NCBI GenBank assembly: GCA_043228905.1
Contig: JBHGNT010000002.1
Coordinates: forward strand, 6,324,001 to 6,388,000
Source: Azolla caroliniana
Lineage: Eukaryota > Plantae > Polypodiophyta
Direction: 5' to 3'
Length of the DNA: 64,000 nucleotides
Below are positions 24,927-39,400 of this stretch, one piece after another. Below the pieces are notes generated by a model that saw nothing but the letters and a program-made list of their open reading frames with translations, made no database searches and had not been told where the DNA came from. Both the position numbers and the translations under genes were made by a program. Each line of letters begins with the position of its first letter. Position 1 is the stretch's first letter.

Positions 24927-25077
24927 GTGAAGGTATAAATGGAGCCTAAGAAATGGGTTGTTGTTTGATGGATTTCGTGAAGGTATAAATGGAGCCAAAG
25001 AAATGGGTTGTTTGATGGATTTCGTGAAGGTATAAATGGAGCCTAAGAAATGGGTTGTTGTTTGATGGATTTCGTGA
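24927..25077. repeat. Tandem repeat, three copies of ~50 bp
   Basis: GTGAAGGTATAAATGGAGCCTAAGAAATGGGTTG(TTG)TTTGATGGATTTC x3. Confidence 0.9.
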
Positions 25078-25285
25078 GGCAGTTTTCGTAACTATGTTGG
25101 ATTGGCTCCTTGTCCGAAGAAGAGCAAGATTTATATCGTTTAGTAGTGTACTGGGGCACCACCTGATAGGGGGTTTGGTTTGTTTACCTTACCATATCAT
25201 TACTATTAGCAAAGTAGTTGTAGAGATAGATAGCATGAGGTTTTGTATTGTCTTCTTTTTTCAATACAAACGTGTGTGTGTGTGT

Positions 25286-25317
<32 letters not shown>

Positions 25318-25327
25318 AACAGACCAG

Positions 25328-25400
25328 ATGGATGTAGCTCAGTTGGTAAGGTTGCTCAATGGAGACCAGGTGGTCATGGGTTCAATCCCTACATTCCACA
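25328..25400 (+). other. tRNA-derived relic (pseudo-tRNA or SINE head)
   Basis: A box TAGCTCAGTTGG, B box GGTTCAATCC, GGATG/CATTCC acceptor-like pairing; no sound anticodon arm. Confidence 0.5.
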
Positions 25401-27579
25401 GTGGCATCTAGTGAATTAAGAGATATATAAGAAGTATATAATAGAGAGGTGAAGAAATTGGGTTTCGAACCCAAGACAACAATGCTTGTAGTGTTATCAA
25501 CTTACCACTAAGGTAAGCTAATTACAATAAAAAGAGAAAGAAAAACATTTTTTTTGAAGGGGAGAGGGGTATTTGAGGGAATTAAGAGAAATGTCAGAGC
25601 TTCTGTGAAGGGGTTATCTCCTGTAAATACCTGAATCCCTTTCCTCTCTGCTTCCTTCAACGATCCACAAGCGAAAGCTCGGGCTGCGCCATGGCTGAAG
25701 ACTGGTCAGAGATCTTCTCCCCCCCCCCTCTCCTCTCACTCTTTTGTTCTTCTCGCACGCACACACATTTCGTTTCATCTTTAGTCTGTCTATGCGCCTC
25801 ATATTCTTACGTGCCATTCTTGCACATTGTCTTGTGGACATAATGCTTCGTTTTTTTTTATCCATATTGCTGCTTGCTGTGGAATCGGTGTGTTGAATTA
25901 TGCGATTTCTCCGAAACATCCGTGTAAAGCAACATGTGATGTTGCTTGTTATGGAAACGTGTTGATACATTTTCTCTAAGCAAGTAATTTGAAAGTAATT
26001 TTAATGCTTTTTTATGCGTATTATGGGTGTTGAAGTTCTCTCAAAGCTCATCATATAAATTTTTTTCATGTTACCTTCAATGTTAATTGAAGCAATTTTG
26101 CATAAACTCTGTAATAACTGTACCTTTCAGTGTTTATTGCTGCTTTTTGTGGATATTAACTGAAGCATCAAGGAAATCCTGACGCTCTTTATGCATGCAT
26201 ATTCTGGATTTGAATGCCATATTGCCTAAATTTGAAGGAAATTATGCTTTTCACGTACATCCCATAATGTTGCTTGATGCAGATTATGGTTGTTAGACTA
26301 ATTTATCTTCTTAGGAAAGTCCTTGGAAATTGTGTGCTCCTTCCTTGACTCTCTATCTGCATATTTTGAATATAGATATTCTTTTGCTTCTTTGCTCGTA
26401 GTTGTATATTGTATTTTCATGTTTAAATTCAGAGAAAGAATCTGTTATGTTCTTACATCAAATGTTGTTTGATGCCGATTATGAAGGTTAGACTAATCTG
26501 CTTTCGTAGAAAAATCCTTAGAAATAATAGTGACTGATATGCACACGTCATATATGCATATTTTGAATATGAATATTGTATTTGTGTCTTTATTCAATAG
26601 TTGTTTCAGTTTTCGTCTTGTATACGTTTTCTTTAGATTTGGGGAAATACTACTCACAATAATGTTTTCTGTTGCAGATTAGGAATTTTAGGCTGATATA
26701 CTTTCTCACACATCTGTAGAAAGTAAAGGTTCCTGGATAGCATATGGGCTTTTTATCTGTGTATTCTGGAATATCATATTTCATGTCATCCAATACTACT
26801 TTCTTCAGTTAGTGTCTTATCCTAGATCTTTCGAGTCTAGCCTAGTATTGGATAGTTATAGGTATTTAATGGATCTTGTCAGGCAAAGAAGTAGAATCAT
26901 CTGAAAACGTACATGAGCACAAGTTTTCAGATGGCTGCCCCTCGATTTTTCTAGTATTTGTGAGTACAATCTTATTTCAGGGCTGTGTAATAGTTACTTG
27001 TTCAAGGCAAGGTTGGGTGAACGGAGCATATTTCTTCCCAAATAGGAGTAAACATTGCATACCTTTCATGTTTTCTTTTTGACCTTTGTAATAACCAAGA
27101 TTTTAGAAGTATGATAGATTCCTCTGTCTCTCTCTGACATTTGTACACAATCTGAAGGAATATTATAGATTCCTCTCTGTCTCTTTCTAGAGAATGCACA
27201 TATGTAGAAGGCCTAATATTTATAAGGTTTGTTGTTATTTGTGAGTACTTTGAGCAAGAGATATTAGCTGCTTTTTTTAAACATCTCATGAAGACTGTTT
27301 ATTCATGCATTTTAAAAGTGTAGATACGGAAAAGACCATCATATAACTAGAGAAAGCAGTATGGAAGAAGAGTAAGGAATCTATATAATGCATCAAGTTA
27401 CAACTTTGTCCTATATATTTGTATGCATTTGCTTAAGAAGTTCCCTTTTTGTTAGTCTGCAGTGCAACAAAGAGGATGAAATAAGTTGTCAACAATGACC
27501 TTCATTGTATAATCACAACCAAAAGGATTCTTTAGTGGCAATTTTAGCATACACATGTACAGATTATTCAGATCATACC

Positions 27580-28991
27580 ATGAAGACGCCAAAAGACCTG
27601 GAGGAGAGTAGTTCAGTTGAACTCATAGATAGTGTTATAAGCCCAAGCCAGAATTTGGCACATTCATCATATAATGAAAGAGATCACTTAACAGTAACAG
27701 ATTCTATGCCAAGGGTAAGAACTTTCCTTATTGTAGGCTTTGATTCCTGCTACTTTTGAATCCCCCCCTTTCTTTGTTACGTAGTGAGTAATGGACACTA
27801 ATGTCAACAGTTGCAAGTGTGGACTAATTCTTCAGATAGCCAGAAGGAATATTCAGAAAAGGATAATTTGCTTGAAAGAATAGATAAAGTTGCAAACAAA
27901 GGCCAAAATTCAACATATAGCAACAGAGAAGTATTTGAAACTTCCTTCCATACTCCGCGAAAAGTAAGTAGTCATAATTATTTTAACCATGTAAAAGTTT
28001 TCTATTACTACTTTCGCAAAGTGCTTGATAGATTCTTATTGAACAGTCTAGAGAGTGTGCTGATTCATCCTGAATTAATTGTTTGTAGGCACAGATGATT
28101 ATGTTGAATGAGTGTGGTTATTTACATCAATACCTTAGAGCATGTAAATATGCACAGAAAGGCAGCATGCAATTATCCAGATTTCTTCCAATTTTGAAAA
28201 CAGGACAAGGATGCAGTGATTTGGTAATGATGAAACTGGTTTTTTTATTAAGGTAAAAACACCAAAATAACCCTAATGTTTCAGATATTTACCAGAATAT
28301 ACTGAGGGTAAAAACAATTACCAGAATACCCGTCTTTAGTACAACATTTAATATTACATAGGGTTGTTCTGGTAATTTTTGAAAAGGAAGGGGTATTTGG
28401 GCATTATGCAAAAGGAGGGGATATTGGTGTTTTGCCCATTTATAAATTTGAACATCCTAAAGTCATTTGATAGCTATAAAAATAACACAGGTTCCTTTGA
28501 TGAAGACTAGCCAATCCAAACCCCAATGTGAGACAGTAAATTCATACGACATATTTACCCAAAAAGTTGAGGAGTTAAAGCCACTCGTGCATAAACAGAT
28601 GGAACTTACCTGTAATGGAGAAAGTGACCATGTAGTTATTGTTTTCCCAATGCAGAAGTATCAAAAGATAACCATGAATAGGAAGAAATGTTCAAAGCTT
28701 CATAGTGTCTATACAAGATGCAGTAAGAAATTAGTGGCATGGATAAATGATTTAGGACGAAAGCAAGAAATTAAGCTGAGTAACATACGCAGATACATTT
28801 CTCGCTCCTCTCGCAGTTATAATAAGCTTAACTCACAAACCTTGCCAGAACTTTCAATGAAGATGCTGCCTCCTGTAGAGAGAAAGAAGGCTGATGAAGA
28901 TGACTTTATCCTTGTGCTTGAAAAGATCAATGAAGTGATTCGATCCATGCCGAAAGTTTCAAAGAACACATGTCAATCTGTGGCATGGTAG
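27580..28991 (+). CDS. Hypothetical spliced protein (~262 aa), function unknown
   Basis: Exons 27580-27714, 27811-27963, 28491-28991 join in phase 0 across GT-AG introns with no stop; probable upstream exon(s) from ~25620, so the true start is uncertain. Confidence 0.65.
28251..28437. mobile_element. MITE-like foldback element in an intron
   Basis: Imperfect TIRs GGTAAAAACACCAAAATAACCC / GGGATATTGGTGTTTTGCCC and internal inverted TTACCAGAA/TTCTGGTAA. Confidence 0.55.
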
Positions 28992-30943
28992 GATGAAATA
29001 TTGAGAGGATATAATTGATGCCTATTTTATCTATTGTAATCATTATATACAGAAATTTTATATTTTATCTCCATTTTCATCAAACCAATAGGGGATATTC
29101 ATGTGATAGGTTGATATAGGATTATGAGACATTAGCTGGTTCGCTTTTTTTGGATTTGAAGGATAAAATGGCATCACAAGGAAAAAATTACAATGTAACA
29201 GGTTGAATATTGAGATATCAATATGAAATTGTGAAAGTTTGGATCATGTTTGTGCTATGGATTGAGCTTCCTTATATATAATCATTGTATTCTAACGTAT
29301 ATTGTCATCCTTGAGACTCTGGAAAGGAGGATATACCGTTGAGATATTCTAGTATGGAAATGAAAATTATTATAAAAAAGAATGTAAAAAGAGGAACATT
29401 TGGGGTAGGTGAATGCATTGCATGTCCTTTTTTATAGTACATTTGAATTTGGTAATGGTGCCTTCCAATGTGGAGATTGCAATCTTTTTATAACAATGTT
29501 CATAAATGCGTGCAAACGACTGGTTTTCATACCGATCAGTGGTAGAAATTGAAGCCGTCACCCATCCAAGGCCTTTGTAAAATGTCAAATGACACGTAAA
29601 AAAGAGTCGTATGACTGAAGTGGGAAAAGTTTTACATCCACATAGAGGAAACAATGCATCTCTCCCGCATCAACAAATAAGCATTATGCCCGTGATTTAA
29701 AATATAAATAGCACATCCAAAATATTTGTAATATTTACCAAAAGTTGTATTCTTCTATAGCCTGTAAGTTCTCCTCAGTTGTACTAGTTCGATATTGAAT
29801 ATTTTGCTCTCCTCAATGCACAACTAGTGCAATAATTTTACATCTTTTTATAATTTTACATCAATTTCTGAGTCAATGTTGGATATGTTTTATTATTGTA
29901 AACTATGAAAAAACTGTAAGACATCATTGATTATATTATATATATTTATGAAAATATCTTATATCTATGCTTCTCATCCATTAATGAAAATAAAATTTGA
30001 TTATAAGCAAACTGTCTCAGTTAGAGATTTGCCATTCCAATAAGATTGACATGTTTTAAAATCACATGAAATCCTTACAATGAGACTCATGGACATCAAA
30101 ATATTTCAATGGCCATAAATGGCAAGGAAGATTCGTCTAACACCCATTCTTGATTCAGGAACTCTTCAAAAACAAAGATAGTGTGATCTCATATTTTGCT
30201 TGTTACCCTTCTAGATTTAGAAGGGTGATCTGCAGGGACTCTTCAATCACAATGAAAGAGTGATCTCATGCTTTGCTTTTCTAGATACTTCATCATAATG
30301 CTTCAGTGGCCGCCATTTGAATAAACATGTAACATGAAACGAGTTTTTTTTTTAAGATCATGGAAAATGCTAGGAACTCATGCACTTTGACATCATTTTT
30401 TGCAAGCTAACAATTTATTCAAAGATAAAAATGTACATCCACACATTGCCTATAATCCACATTAGGCAAGCTTAGAGGACTGACAATGGGAACCTTCAAA
30501 CATGATGAAACAGTATTAAATACTGGTTTTATGACAGCCTTGCTTTTAAAGCGACATTAGCGTGATGACGAAAAGCATGGCTAATGTTAAATTCATACTT
30601 TCCTCAGAAGGCGGAGGTTTAATTCATATGCTGGTTTGATTTTCCTCATTCCAACAGAGGCTTCGATACAAACATAGCTCTCATCCTTCGGATGTCCTTG
30701 ACCAATTTTTGAAGTTAATAATACAAATACAAGAAGTACATTATGTACATGGTAATTAATGACTGAACCTCCCCTCCAATTAATCTGTATTTGGCCTGTA
30801 TGATCAGCCACAATAACCTGTACTAAAGTCATCAAGAGACTGACAAAGTAAGGTATACAAACAGAAGATCCACTTTTCACACCATGGAAGCAGCAAGATA
30901 AGCTTCATATGACCCAAGGACATGAAAAGGTAAGCATTCTGTT

Positions 30944-33900
30944 TCAGCGGCTAGAGCACATTATTCTCCTCTGCCTGACCATTAACTCTCTAATTTTCTT
31001 GGGATATTGTTTGTTACTCATGAGATGTTCCTCGATGACTGTTTGGAGTTTCCTTAAGGAAGGATTTTCTCCACAGCTCTTCACATTCAGCAAAGTATTG
31101 AAGAGCTCAGCCCAAATTGCTTGCTCATGGTACCTGTGTTGATAAAATTTCATAGAAGCTTTCAGAAACCTAACTTATATTGGAATTAGTATTTGTGTGC
31201 TATATAATTATATGTATGTAAACATACAAGTCTCGAACTTTATGTTTGCATGCAATAAGGCAACAGAAGTATGCATACACATACATATATGCTTGTGCCC
31301 ATGTGCACACGGTTACATACATGCATGGAAATGTTTATATTGTCTTTTGGAGTGCAGCTGCATACCAGTACGAGAGTGCATCTACGCATGTATGCATGCA
31401 TATATATGCACATTTATCCAACACATAGATAATGTGCATCTGGTAGAAAGATGCAACTGTCTATGCATATATATGCCCACAAACAGACATGCACATTATC
31501 AATGTCATATATATGTATACATATGCACATTTAAGCAGCACACTGATAACGTGTACATATTGTTTGTGTGTGCACATATGAATAGATAATTACAGTCACA
31601 ACTTGTAAGTAGTTGCAATCCAGATACAGCAACATTGCATGTATGTGAATGTGTTTGAACAGGCACGCCTAGGTATGCAATGTGTATGCATAGTTGGAAT
31701 GAATGTAATCTTTGAGTCTTTACTCTCAAACCTTTTGAAAGGAATCTTTGGTTGAAATTTTTTCTTGTTTTGTGAATCTATAACCGTTTCAAGTTCCATG
31801 TAGCTTCCATGTAGCATGATATGTACTATACAACATAGCCCATAAGTGTCAACCTACAACACAATCCATCCAAGTATGAAATAAATCACATTTAGAAAAC
31901 TATTGACATCAGTATTCTGCATCAGCTGGATATATTTGATTGAGAGCAAGATCAATTAAGCCTTATTTTGTAAAAACTCCCAAGTTTTCACCATATTTTG
32001 AAAATCTGTAGAAATACTATCAAGATACTTTCCCAGATTATTTAAAAGCAAACAATTTTTGGAGCAGTGATTGGACAGTTGCTATAACTTGAAATCCAAT
32101 TTTAATGGGAAGCAATGAATGAACCTAGCATTTTGCCAACTTCGTTATAGAACGTGCATTGACTACCCTAAGTACCTAAGTATCTCTATCTACCCACCAG
32201 CGCTGCAAGTACAGGTGGTATCCACTTGTCAAAAGTTGTTCGAGCTTTTCTTGGATGTGTGGCGAGAACAATTTCAGTGCGGTTAAGGTTTAGGGTAATA
32301 TACTTTAAAAAACAATGTGCAGATATTCATCGTATGTTGGAAATCTCAGCTTAATAAATATATAAGTACTATATGGAGAACCTTATACTACACATTGGAA
32401 AGCTAAATAAGTTTTCTATATGGGCTTCACTAATTTCATGGATGCCGGTGGCTAGAGTTCAGAAATTAACAATTCAAGCATTAAAAGTACAAGTTCAGTA
32501 GGATTTTGACACATCTGCAAACCTAGAATGACTTTTTGACACATCATCAATCCTAAAATCCTTCTGCAAAGTTTACAAGTGGAATGAAGGTTATCATTGG
32601 CTCCTTGTACCCATATTTAGAATGGTCCTGAATGAATGGTTCCCCGCATCAGGAAATTATTCAATTTGGTCATTCTCAAATATGAAACACTTTATTAAGC
32701 ATTCCAAGGCAGAATTTCATCACAAGAAAACCTTTGTTTAATGTTAATTTGAAAGCCAATTGCTGTTATTTTGAGACATGTAACAGCAAACAGAATCTCT
32801 GCTTTTGCATAGACTGTGTCTGACCATTGAGATCACCTAGCAGACTTGGTCCCTAGGAAACAAGGAACCTTTCTGCTTTATTTCACAAACACTCACAAAA
32901 GTGTCCTGATACTTATCACTAAACATCACAATTGCAAAGGTGAGCAGCATTTTCTATCATGCATACTATACTTCAATCCTCTCTTAACTTTATACCCATT
33001 TTGTGGTTTCTCACTAAGAACAAGAAGGAAAAGAATTGCCGTATCTCCTGCTTTGCAATTAAGACAATGTAATCTGCACCCAATTAACTTTAGAGGATTG
33101 CATGCATATGCCCAAAAAGAGACATCACTAATGTGTACATCCTCGAAAAATACGTTTCCACTTTAGACAACATAGTATGTGGTCTGCTCCCAACATTATA
33201 ATATGCACATAGATACATATATCAGTATGCCTACATGTATAATCCAAGTTCAATTTTCACACAAAACTGTGCACCAATCAAAATTCCACAGATCCTCTAC
33301 CTTATGTACATGCAGTCTAAAAAAACAAAGGAAACGGTATTAATCCTGTGCAGTCAGGAATGCATATACAACTACAAGGGATTTGCTTCCATGTGGTATT
33401 TGAAAGCAAGATATAAGATTTTGATTCTCATGTAATGACATATACGTGTACCTGGTAAGTCCATGGCCTTTGTTCTTGCATCTCAACACAACGAAATCCA
33501 GAAGTTTTGCAGTCACCCTCCAATAGTGTGCCTTCAGGAAACAGCTTCATGTCAATGCTTCTCCCCCAATCAATCAAGCATAGCCCCTACACAATTATAA
33601 TGTAAGGAAAGGCTGTTAAAATTACAGCGGGAGCGTAAAATGTTAGACAGCACAGCATGTACAAGAAAATGAGGCCTCTAGTAAATCAGGAATAAACAGA
33701 ACAAGACTATCAGCAACCTTCGAGTGGGTAAGAAACCTCATGAGTAAGCTGCCGAAAATGGGCTAAAGTGAGCCTATATGAAAAAGAGAATATATATATA
33801 TATATATATATAACTGAAGCTATATGGGGAAAAATGAATAGGGACGGGCCTTTTATGTAGTTAGCTGTAGGCCTCCATAAATAGGCCAGTCAACTGGGTT

Positions 33901-36900
33901 CACAACTAGCTCACTGAATTGAGGGCAATTGCCAGGGTTAGTTCCCTATCTAACTCCATAATCAATTAAGCATGCTAACACTTAAAAGAGCAGTAAATTG
34001 CCTAATTAGTTGGCTATGTAGGAGTCCAGCTCCTGAGCTGCAGATGCCTCTAGCTAAGACATTTGTAAAATGATAATCAAAAGCACTCAAAACTTAAAAC
34101 AAAATGCCTACTTGATTCTTCCAATGACCCTCTCGATCAGGTGCCCAATCTTCCGATAATTCACTACAATGGATCACATGGTGAATGGATTCTTAGCTTT
34201 ACCAGTAAAAATGAGTCCTGGAACACTAAACGTATAAAGTTAGCCATATGCTTCCCATAGTGTTACTGTCTTACCTGTCGTTCCTTATAAGCAGATTGTC
34301 AGGCTTGAAATCTCCATGAATCAAACCAGCTGAATGCAGGACATCTAGCATACGAAGCATTTCGACAGTGTAATACATGCACAAAAGTTCATCCATTCTT
34401 TGACCAGTGGCAAGATATGAATTCACCACATCCTGTATCAGATATTTGAATAAGAAAAACAATCACTCAAGACCAATATTATACCTGAAATCACTCTTAG
34501 TACACAAAATAATTGACTGACCTGTAGGGTTCCAAGCTCTCCATATGCACAAACCATGATGCTGCAGTCTTTATATGTGTTCATTTTCCATGCACAGCCA
34601 AAGCTAGCCCTCTAAGAACCCAATACAACTTGTCTTGGATCAACAAACATATTGATTGAAGTTCAAGAAAAACTAAATTTGTTCATACAAACCTCTTCTT
34701 GCAGTATACGCTTATCCAACTGTGTATAGATATAATATTCCCATGGACAAGGAGGCTTCTGAATCTGTAAATGAAAATATAACTTTTTAAACGTAGTGCT
34801 ATACTGAACTGCACATTATTTGAACTTCGGGCATAGAAGCATAAAAGAGCCACAGGAAAGTATAGTCATGCAACAGAAAAAGCATTCAAATACAGCTCAA
34901 GCAAAGAGTTCTATCTTAGAGTTTAGACTTTAGAGTTCTCTATTTATTTGTTAATTCTAAATTTGATATATACAGCCGATAAATCCATGTGCATACATGT
35001 TTCTCAGCACAATGTGATGCAACTAAAAAGCTGAAGTACTTTGAGTAGAACACTGAGTTAAATTAATAAAACGCACATACTTTTTTATCATGACATATAT
35101 GCTTTACAAAACATTAGATATCAAGCCAGGATATCAAATCATTAGATTGTTTAGAGAAAGAAAGAATGATATATTAACGTCTTTTAAGAGGTCAATATGG
35201 CCTATAAGACCAAACAAGCGAGACGATGCTATCAAGAAAGATTGAAATTCGTCTTAGAAAAGACAAAAACCTTTAAAGCCACAATGTTGTCTTTCTCATC
35301 ACAAGCTTTGAAGATCCAAGCAAAAGCACCTTGTCCAGTGCATCCTTTCAGATGATATCGTCTTGAACCTACAGCCAAACATTGAAATTAAAAGATGCAT
35401 TCACTGCAACTTACATTGAGTTTCAGTGACATGATAAATGAGAGATACAGTACCCAACTCCAAAACTTTATTGTGAGATGCAGTTTTCAAGGATGAAAGT
35501 GATGGTCCATTATAATTCTGGTTACTGTTATGAAATCCCTGCATATACATGGAACATTTATTAAGGATTAGACTTTATCTTTCACATAGTAATGCCTAAC
35601 ACTAAGACTGCACACTAACCTTATATTGTGACAATGGTGGCTTCAAGTTACTTAAAAGATTCTCAATCACATCGTTGTCCCATGGATTTACTTTTGGATA
35701 AAAAAATGCATCATTGCAAGATTTCTTCACCTGTTTCAAGCATCAACACCCATAGCATCAGAGAGGAACCATGCAGAACACAACCACATGAGGTACTGAT
35801 TCCCTTGGTTTCAACAAAAGGAAATCAGGAAGGAGACAATACATGAAGCCTTCTCAACACTCAAAAGAAAAATGAGAGTATATGTTCTAATAAGTAGTGC
35901 ATCTATATAAAGGCTGGCAGCAAGTAGAGATATTGGAACCAGAGGAGATAGAAAGTGGTGATTACATTATAGAAATGATGGACTTGACTAGAGCTACTAA
36001 GGCTATCCTATTTCTGAACAATACATGAAGCCTTCTCAACGGTCAAAGAAAAATGAGGGTATATGTTCCAATAAGAAGTGCATCTATATGAAGGCTGGCA
36101 GCAAATAGAAATACTGGAACCAGAGGAGATAGAGAGTGATGACTACATTATAGAAATGAAAGATTTGAGGAGAGCTACTAAGGCTGTCCCATTTCTCGAC
36201 AAATGAACCAGATTTTATAGAATAAAAAGTGATCACGATGACATGCATTAATTATAAGGAAGAAACCAACAAAATTATTTTGGTTTTGTTTCAAAGGTCA
36301 AATTCTTGATTGATTAACTAGAGAGTTCAAGCCCACTCTAGGAGGATACTTGCACTTCCTTCACAATTATATAAGGCGCATAAGCAAAAAGCTGATCACA
36401 TGACCCTCTTGATTTCTTAAGCTCATTGACCGGAAGAGCACATTCCTTCCTATTTTCTTATTGCACCAGAGACCAAAAAGAACCAAACATCCAAAAAGAG
36501 GCTCGGTGAAATATTTATCATCAAAAGACCTACTACAAGATTAAGAAGTATTTCCTATAAAAAGCATGATAACAGCTATGAACCTCATTGCTTGGCTCAA
36601 GAGCCCTCTGACTGTTGGATAAATCGGCCAATGGAGGTGCAGTTTGTATGCTGAGGTGAAAACCACACAAAAAAACATTATGTATTAGATTTGTCTTTGA
36701 AATGCAATATTTCCAACTAGGCAATATTAGCTTATGATTATGAATCTTACTTATCATTTGTCGATAGGGTATCCTCAGAATTTTTCTGTCGATCAAACTG
36801 ACCTTCTATTCAGTGGAAACAATTTTGTTGGTGCATGAATAAAACAACGTCATGAGCAATATAACTTTGTCGCTGCATGAATAAAAGAATATAAACAATA

Positions 36901-38601
36901 TGAGTTCGGATGATTTTACCTTGTATGAAGGCATTGACCATTGCAGCAGTTGAATCCTAAGAAAAGAAATACATGTGAATAACATTTCACATTGCATATT
37001 CTCAAAGACCACCCATTTTGATACCTTTATTAGCCGATTAGCCATTCGCTTGAGGAAGCCTTTCTTTGCTTCTTTGAGAAGGCATAGAGGTGTAGCCTGC
37101 CTGTGTGAACCTATGGATAAGTTTTAAGCATGGGAAATTTTATGGATATGAAAGATGTCAAACTAACCTACCTTGAAAGCCCGAGATTATACATATCATT
37201 TGCTTTCCAGTGTCTCTCATTAGCTTCGAGGTAGATAGCATAGGCTACATAAAATAATGATGAATCTTGACCAATTTGGAGAGTATCCATCCTCGCAAAT
37301 ATCATTTCAGCTTCCATTTGAAAGTAATCAGTCTAGGTCATAAGAACAAGGATTTCTGATCATTTCACATAATCAAAATAATCATTCATCGACTCATCTT
37401 TGAAAAGAACTTGATTGTTATGCTTAGTATGCTTGATATTGGAGACAACATTTCATAAACTTGAATGCACTTAAATTATGATTAATACACTTAAATTATG
37501 GACCCCAATTCTCGCATGTCCTAGCTTAGCCAATATAATTACATTTTGAAGACATAATTTCAGTTTTATGACTACTAATATATTTGAGACATGGTTTTGA
37601 ATGCTATGGCTAATATGCTTACAAAACCGGAGGCAATACTCTAGTGTTATGATTGATGTACCTTTTGGGAGACCTTCTCACATATTGATATTAAGTGTTA
37701 TAACATATATACAATTGATATATTTGATCTTGGGGGGAATGTGTAGGGTTACAATTAACATACCCAGATACTGCGCTCATATTCCCTTGTGTCATTCCCA
37801 ATTCCCCCTCGTCACCCATCTGAACTAATATATTTTCATAATTCAGACAGTCATGATTATTATATTGGAAAATATTAATGAATCATGATTGACTTAATGA
37901 AATTATTTGAACATTATGGTTACTATACTTACGTATTGGATCCAAATTCGCACAAATCTCTCATCTGACTTATATTTCTGGATGCCTGCAACGTTCTTAA
38001 TGCATGTCTCAAACAAGTTTCGATATACATACTCGAACCCTCTGAAAGGTAAAGAATTTCTCGCCACATCAAAGCACCTGTGTTTTTACAATGTTAATTT
38101 AGACCCAATTTAGGGCCTGGATTAGTCAAATGTAAAACCAATTTGGTTGACACTTAATTAAGACATAGTTTAAAACTAAAGTCTGTGAGGCGAACTGAAT
38201 TGAACTAACCGAATCCAAGGTAGAAGAATATCTTCTCCGTCATAAGCTTCGATCTCTGCTAAAATCTTTCTGAAACAGGAAAAAAAAAAAAAAAACATTT
38301 AACAACAAAAAGAGGCTGAGAAAAGTAGAATTTGAATTATGAAAAGGTCCCCAAAACAAGAGCTCAAAACAGGAAGAATGAGAAAAGAAACACGAGACGC
38401 ATAGACTTAAATCCTCGAGAATGAGAGAAAACAGAAAGGGAATTGGAGATTTGAAATGAAAAATGGACAGAGGAAATGGAAGGAAGATCGAAAGGAGGAA
38501 TGGGTATAGAGGCTTGCAGGATCAGAAAGAATGAAAGGAAAGAGGGGAGGAAGAGACATGAGATCGTTTGGGAGGCGAAGGTCGAGCTCCAGGTCTTCCA
38601 T
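30944..38601 (-). CDS. BUB1: Mitotic checkpoint Ser/Thr kinase BUB1 (BMF1/BRK1 type): TPR domain plus kinase
   Basis: GT-AG exons 38210-38269 (IEAYDGEDILLPWIR), 37933-38077 (KYKSDERFVRIWIQY), 37172-37332, 37025-37100, linker exons unresolved (36920-36956, 36584-36650), 35620-35730 (VNPWD), 35454-35538, 35271-35368 (GQGAFA, VALK), 34693-34764 (PWEYY), 34522-34611, 34275-34432 (IHGDFKPDN), 34112-34163, 33452-33586 (IDWGRSID, PWTYQ), 31732-31853, 30944-31133; start exon at 38601 tentative. Confidence 0.92.
35835..36204. repeat. Diverged tandem duplication (2 x ~183 bp) in a BUB1 intron
   Basis: ACAATACATGAAGCCTTCTCAAC...GAGCTACTAAGGCT occurs twice. Confidence 0.85.
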
Positions 38602-39158
38602 AGCTTTTCTTTGAGTGTGGACTGTGTGCTCTTACTTTTCTCCCTCTCAAAATGGCGATGGGGAATTTGAGTTCAAAAATAGAGAGAACAAGAAAGAAGA
38701 AGAAGAAGGGGAGATGGAGATGGAATGAATTTTGTCCGCCCAAAAACAGAGAGGCCAGCCAAGCAGGTGTGAAACCAAAAAACCATTCAAACTTTCGGTA
38801 GCCCCCTGTCGGGACGAGGGGCTCCTGCTGCTGCTCCTCCTGTGTCGGATCGCGTCCGCCATGTCCGCCCGCCCATCCATCTCACAAATTATTGTCAATG
38901 CAACTCTACCTCCAACATATGCATCTCGGATGGCCGCCCTTTTCCACCTTTCGCAGCCACCGTATCGGCGCTCTCTGAAAATCATCTGAAAACAGTCTGG
39001 GCTCGAGCCAAAGCCGATCCGGACCGAACCACGAAACCACACCTTTCAAACGGTTCAGTTTAGATTTGGAATGTTGTAAATGGTTTGGTTTTGGGCTTCG
39101 CTTCCCTTAGGAAATCCATGGTTTGGTTCGGTTTGGGCCATGCTTGGCTCAATGATTC

Positions 39159-39400
39159 GATGAGCACCGTAAGATGCAAAAGAAATGAATGAGATGGCTT
39201 CCTAAGAAGCCATCCGTCTCAAAACCAGATCTTGTAATGGAAGGACTCACTTCTCTGGCCATGGCCACATCTTTTGTGATCATAAATGATTGTATTAAAC
39301 CGTAGTAAATATTGATAAAAACACATACCCCTTGCTTTTCTATGAAATCTACGGCCTGTATAGCCTCATTAAGCTTTCCTTCTTTACAAAGATTTTGCAT
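39159..39400 (-). pseudogene. Fragment of a PLS-class PPR gene (N-terminal region)
   Basis: LCKEGKLNEAI...YYGLIQ...SGFETDGFLGSHLI. Confidence 0.75.

Noticed and set aside
24927-25077. CRISPR-like array
   Set aside because: Head-to-tail repeats without unique spacers, eukaryotic context and no cas genes
25328-25400. Functional tRNA gene
   Set aside because: The anticodon arm cannot be folded; kept only as a relic
31190-31700. Cys/His/Tyr-rich ORFs in the last BUB1 intron
   Set aside because: Translation of degenerate TA/CA/TG microsatellite-like sequence
38732-39063. Short GC-rich ORFs upstream of BUB1 as a divergent gene
   Set aside because: Short, with no motifs and no supporting splice structure
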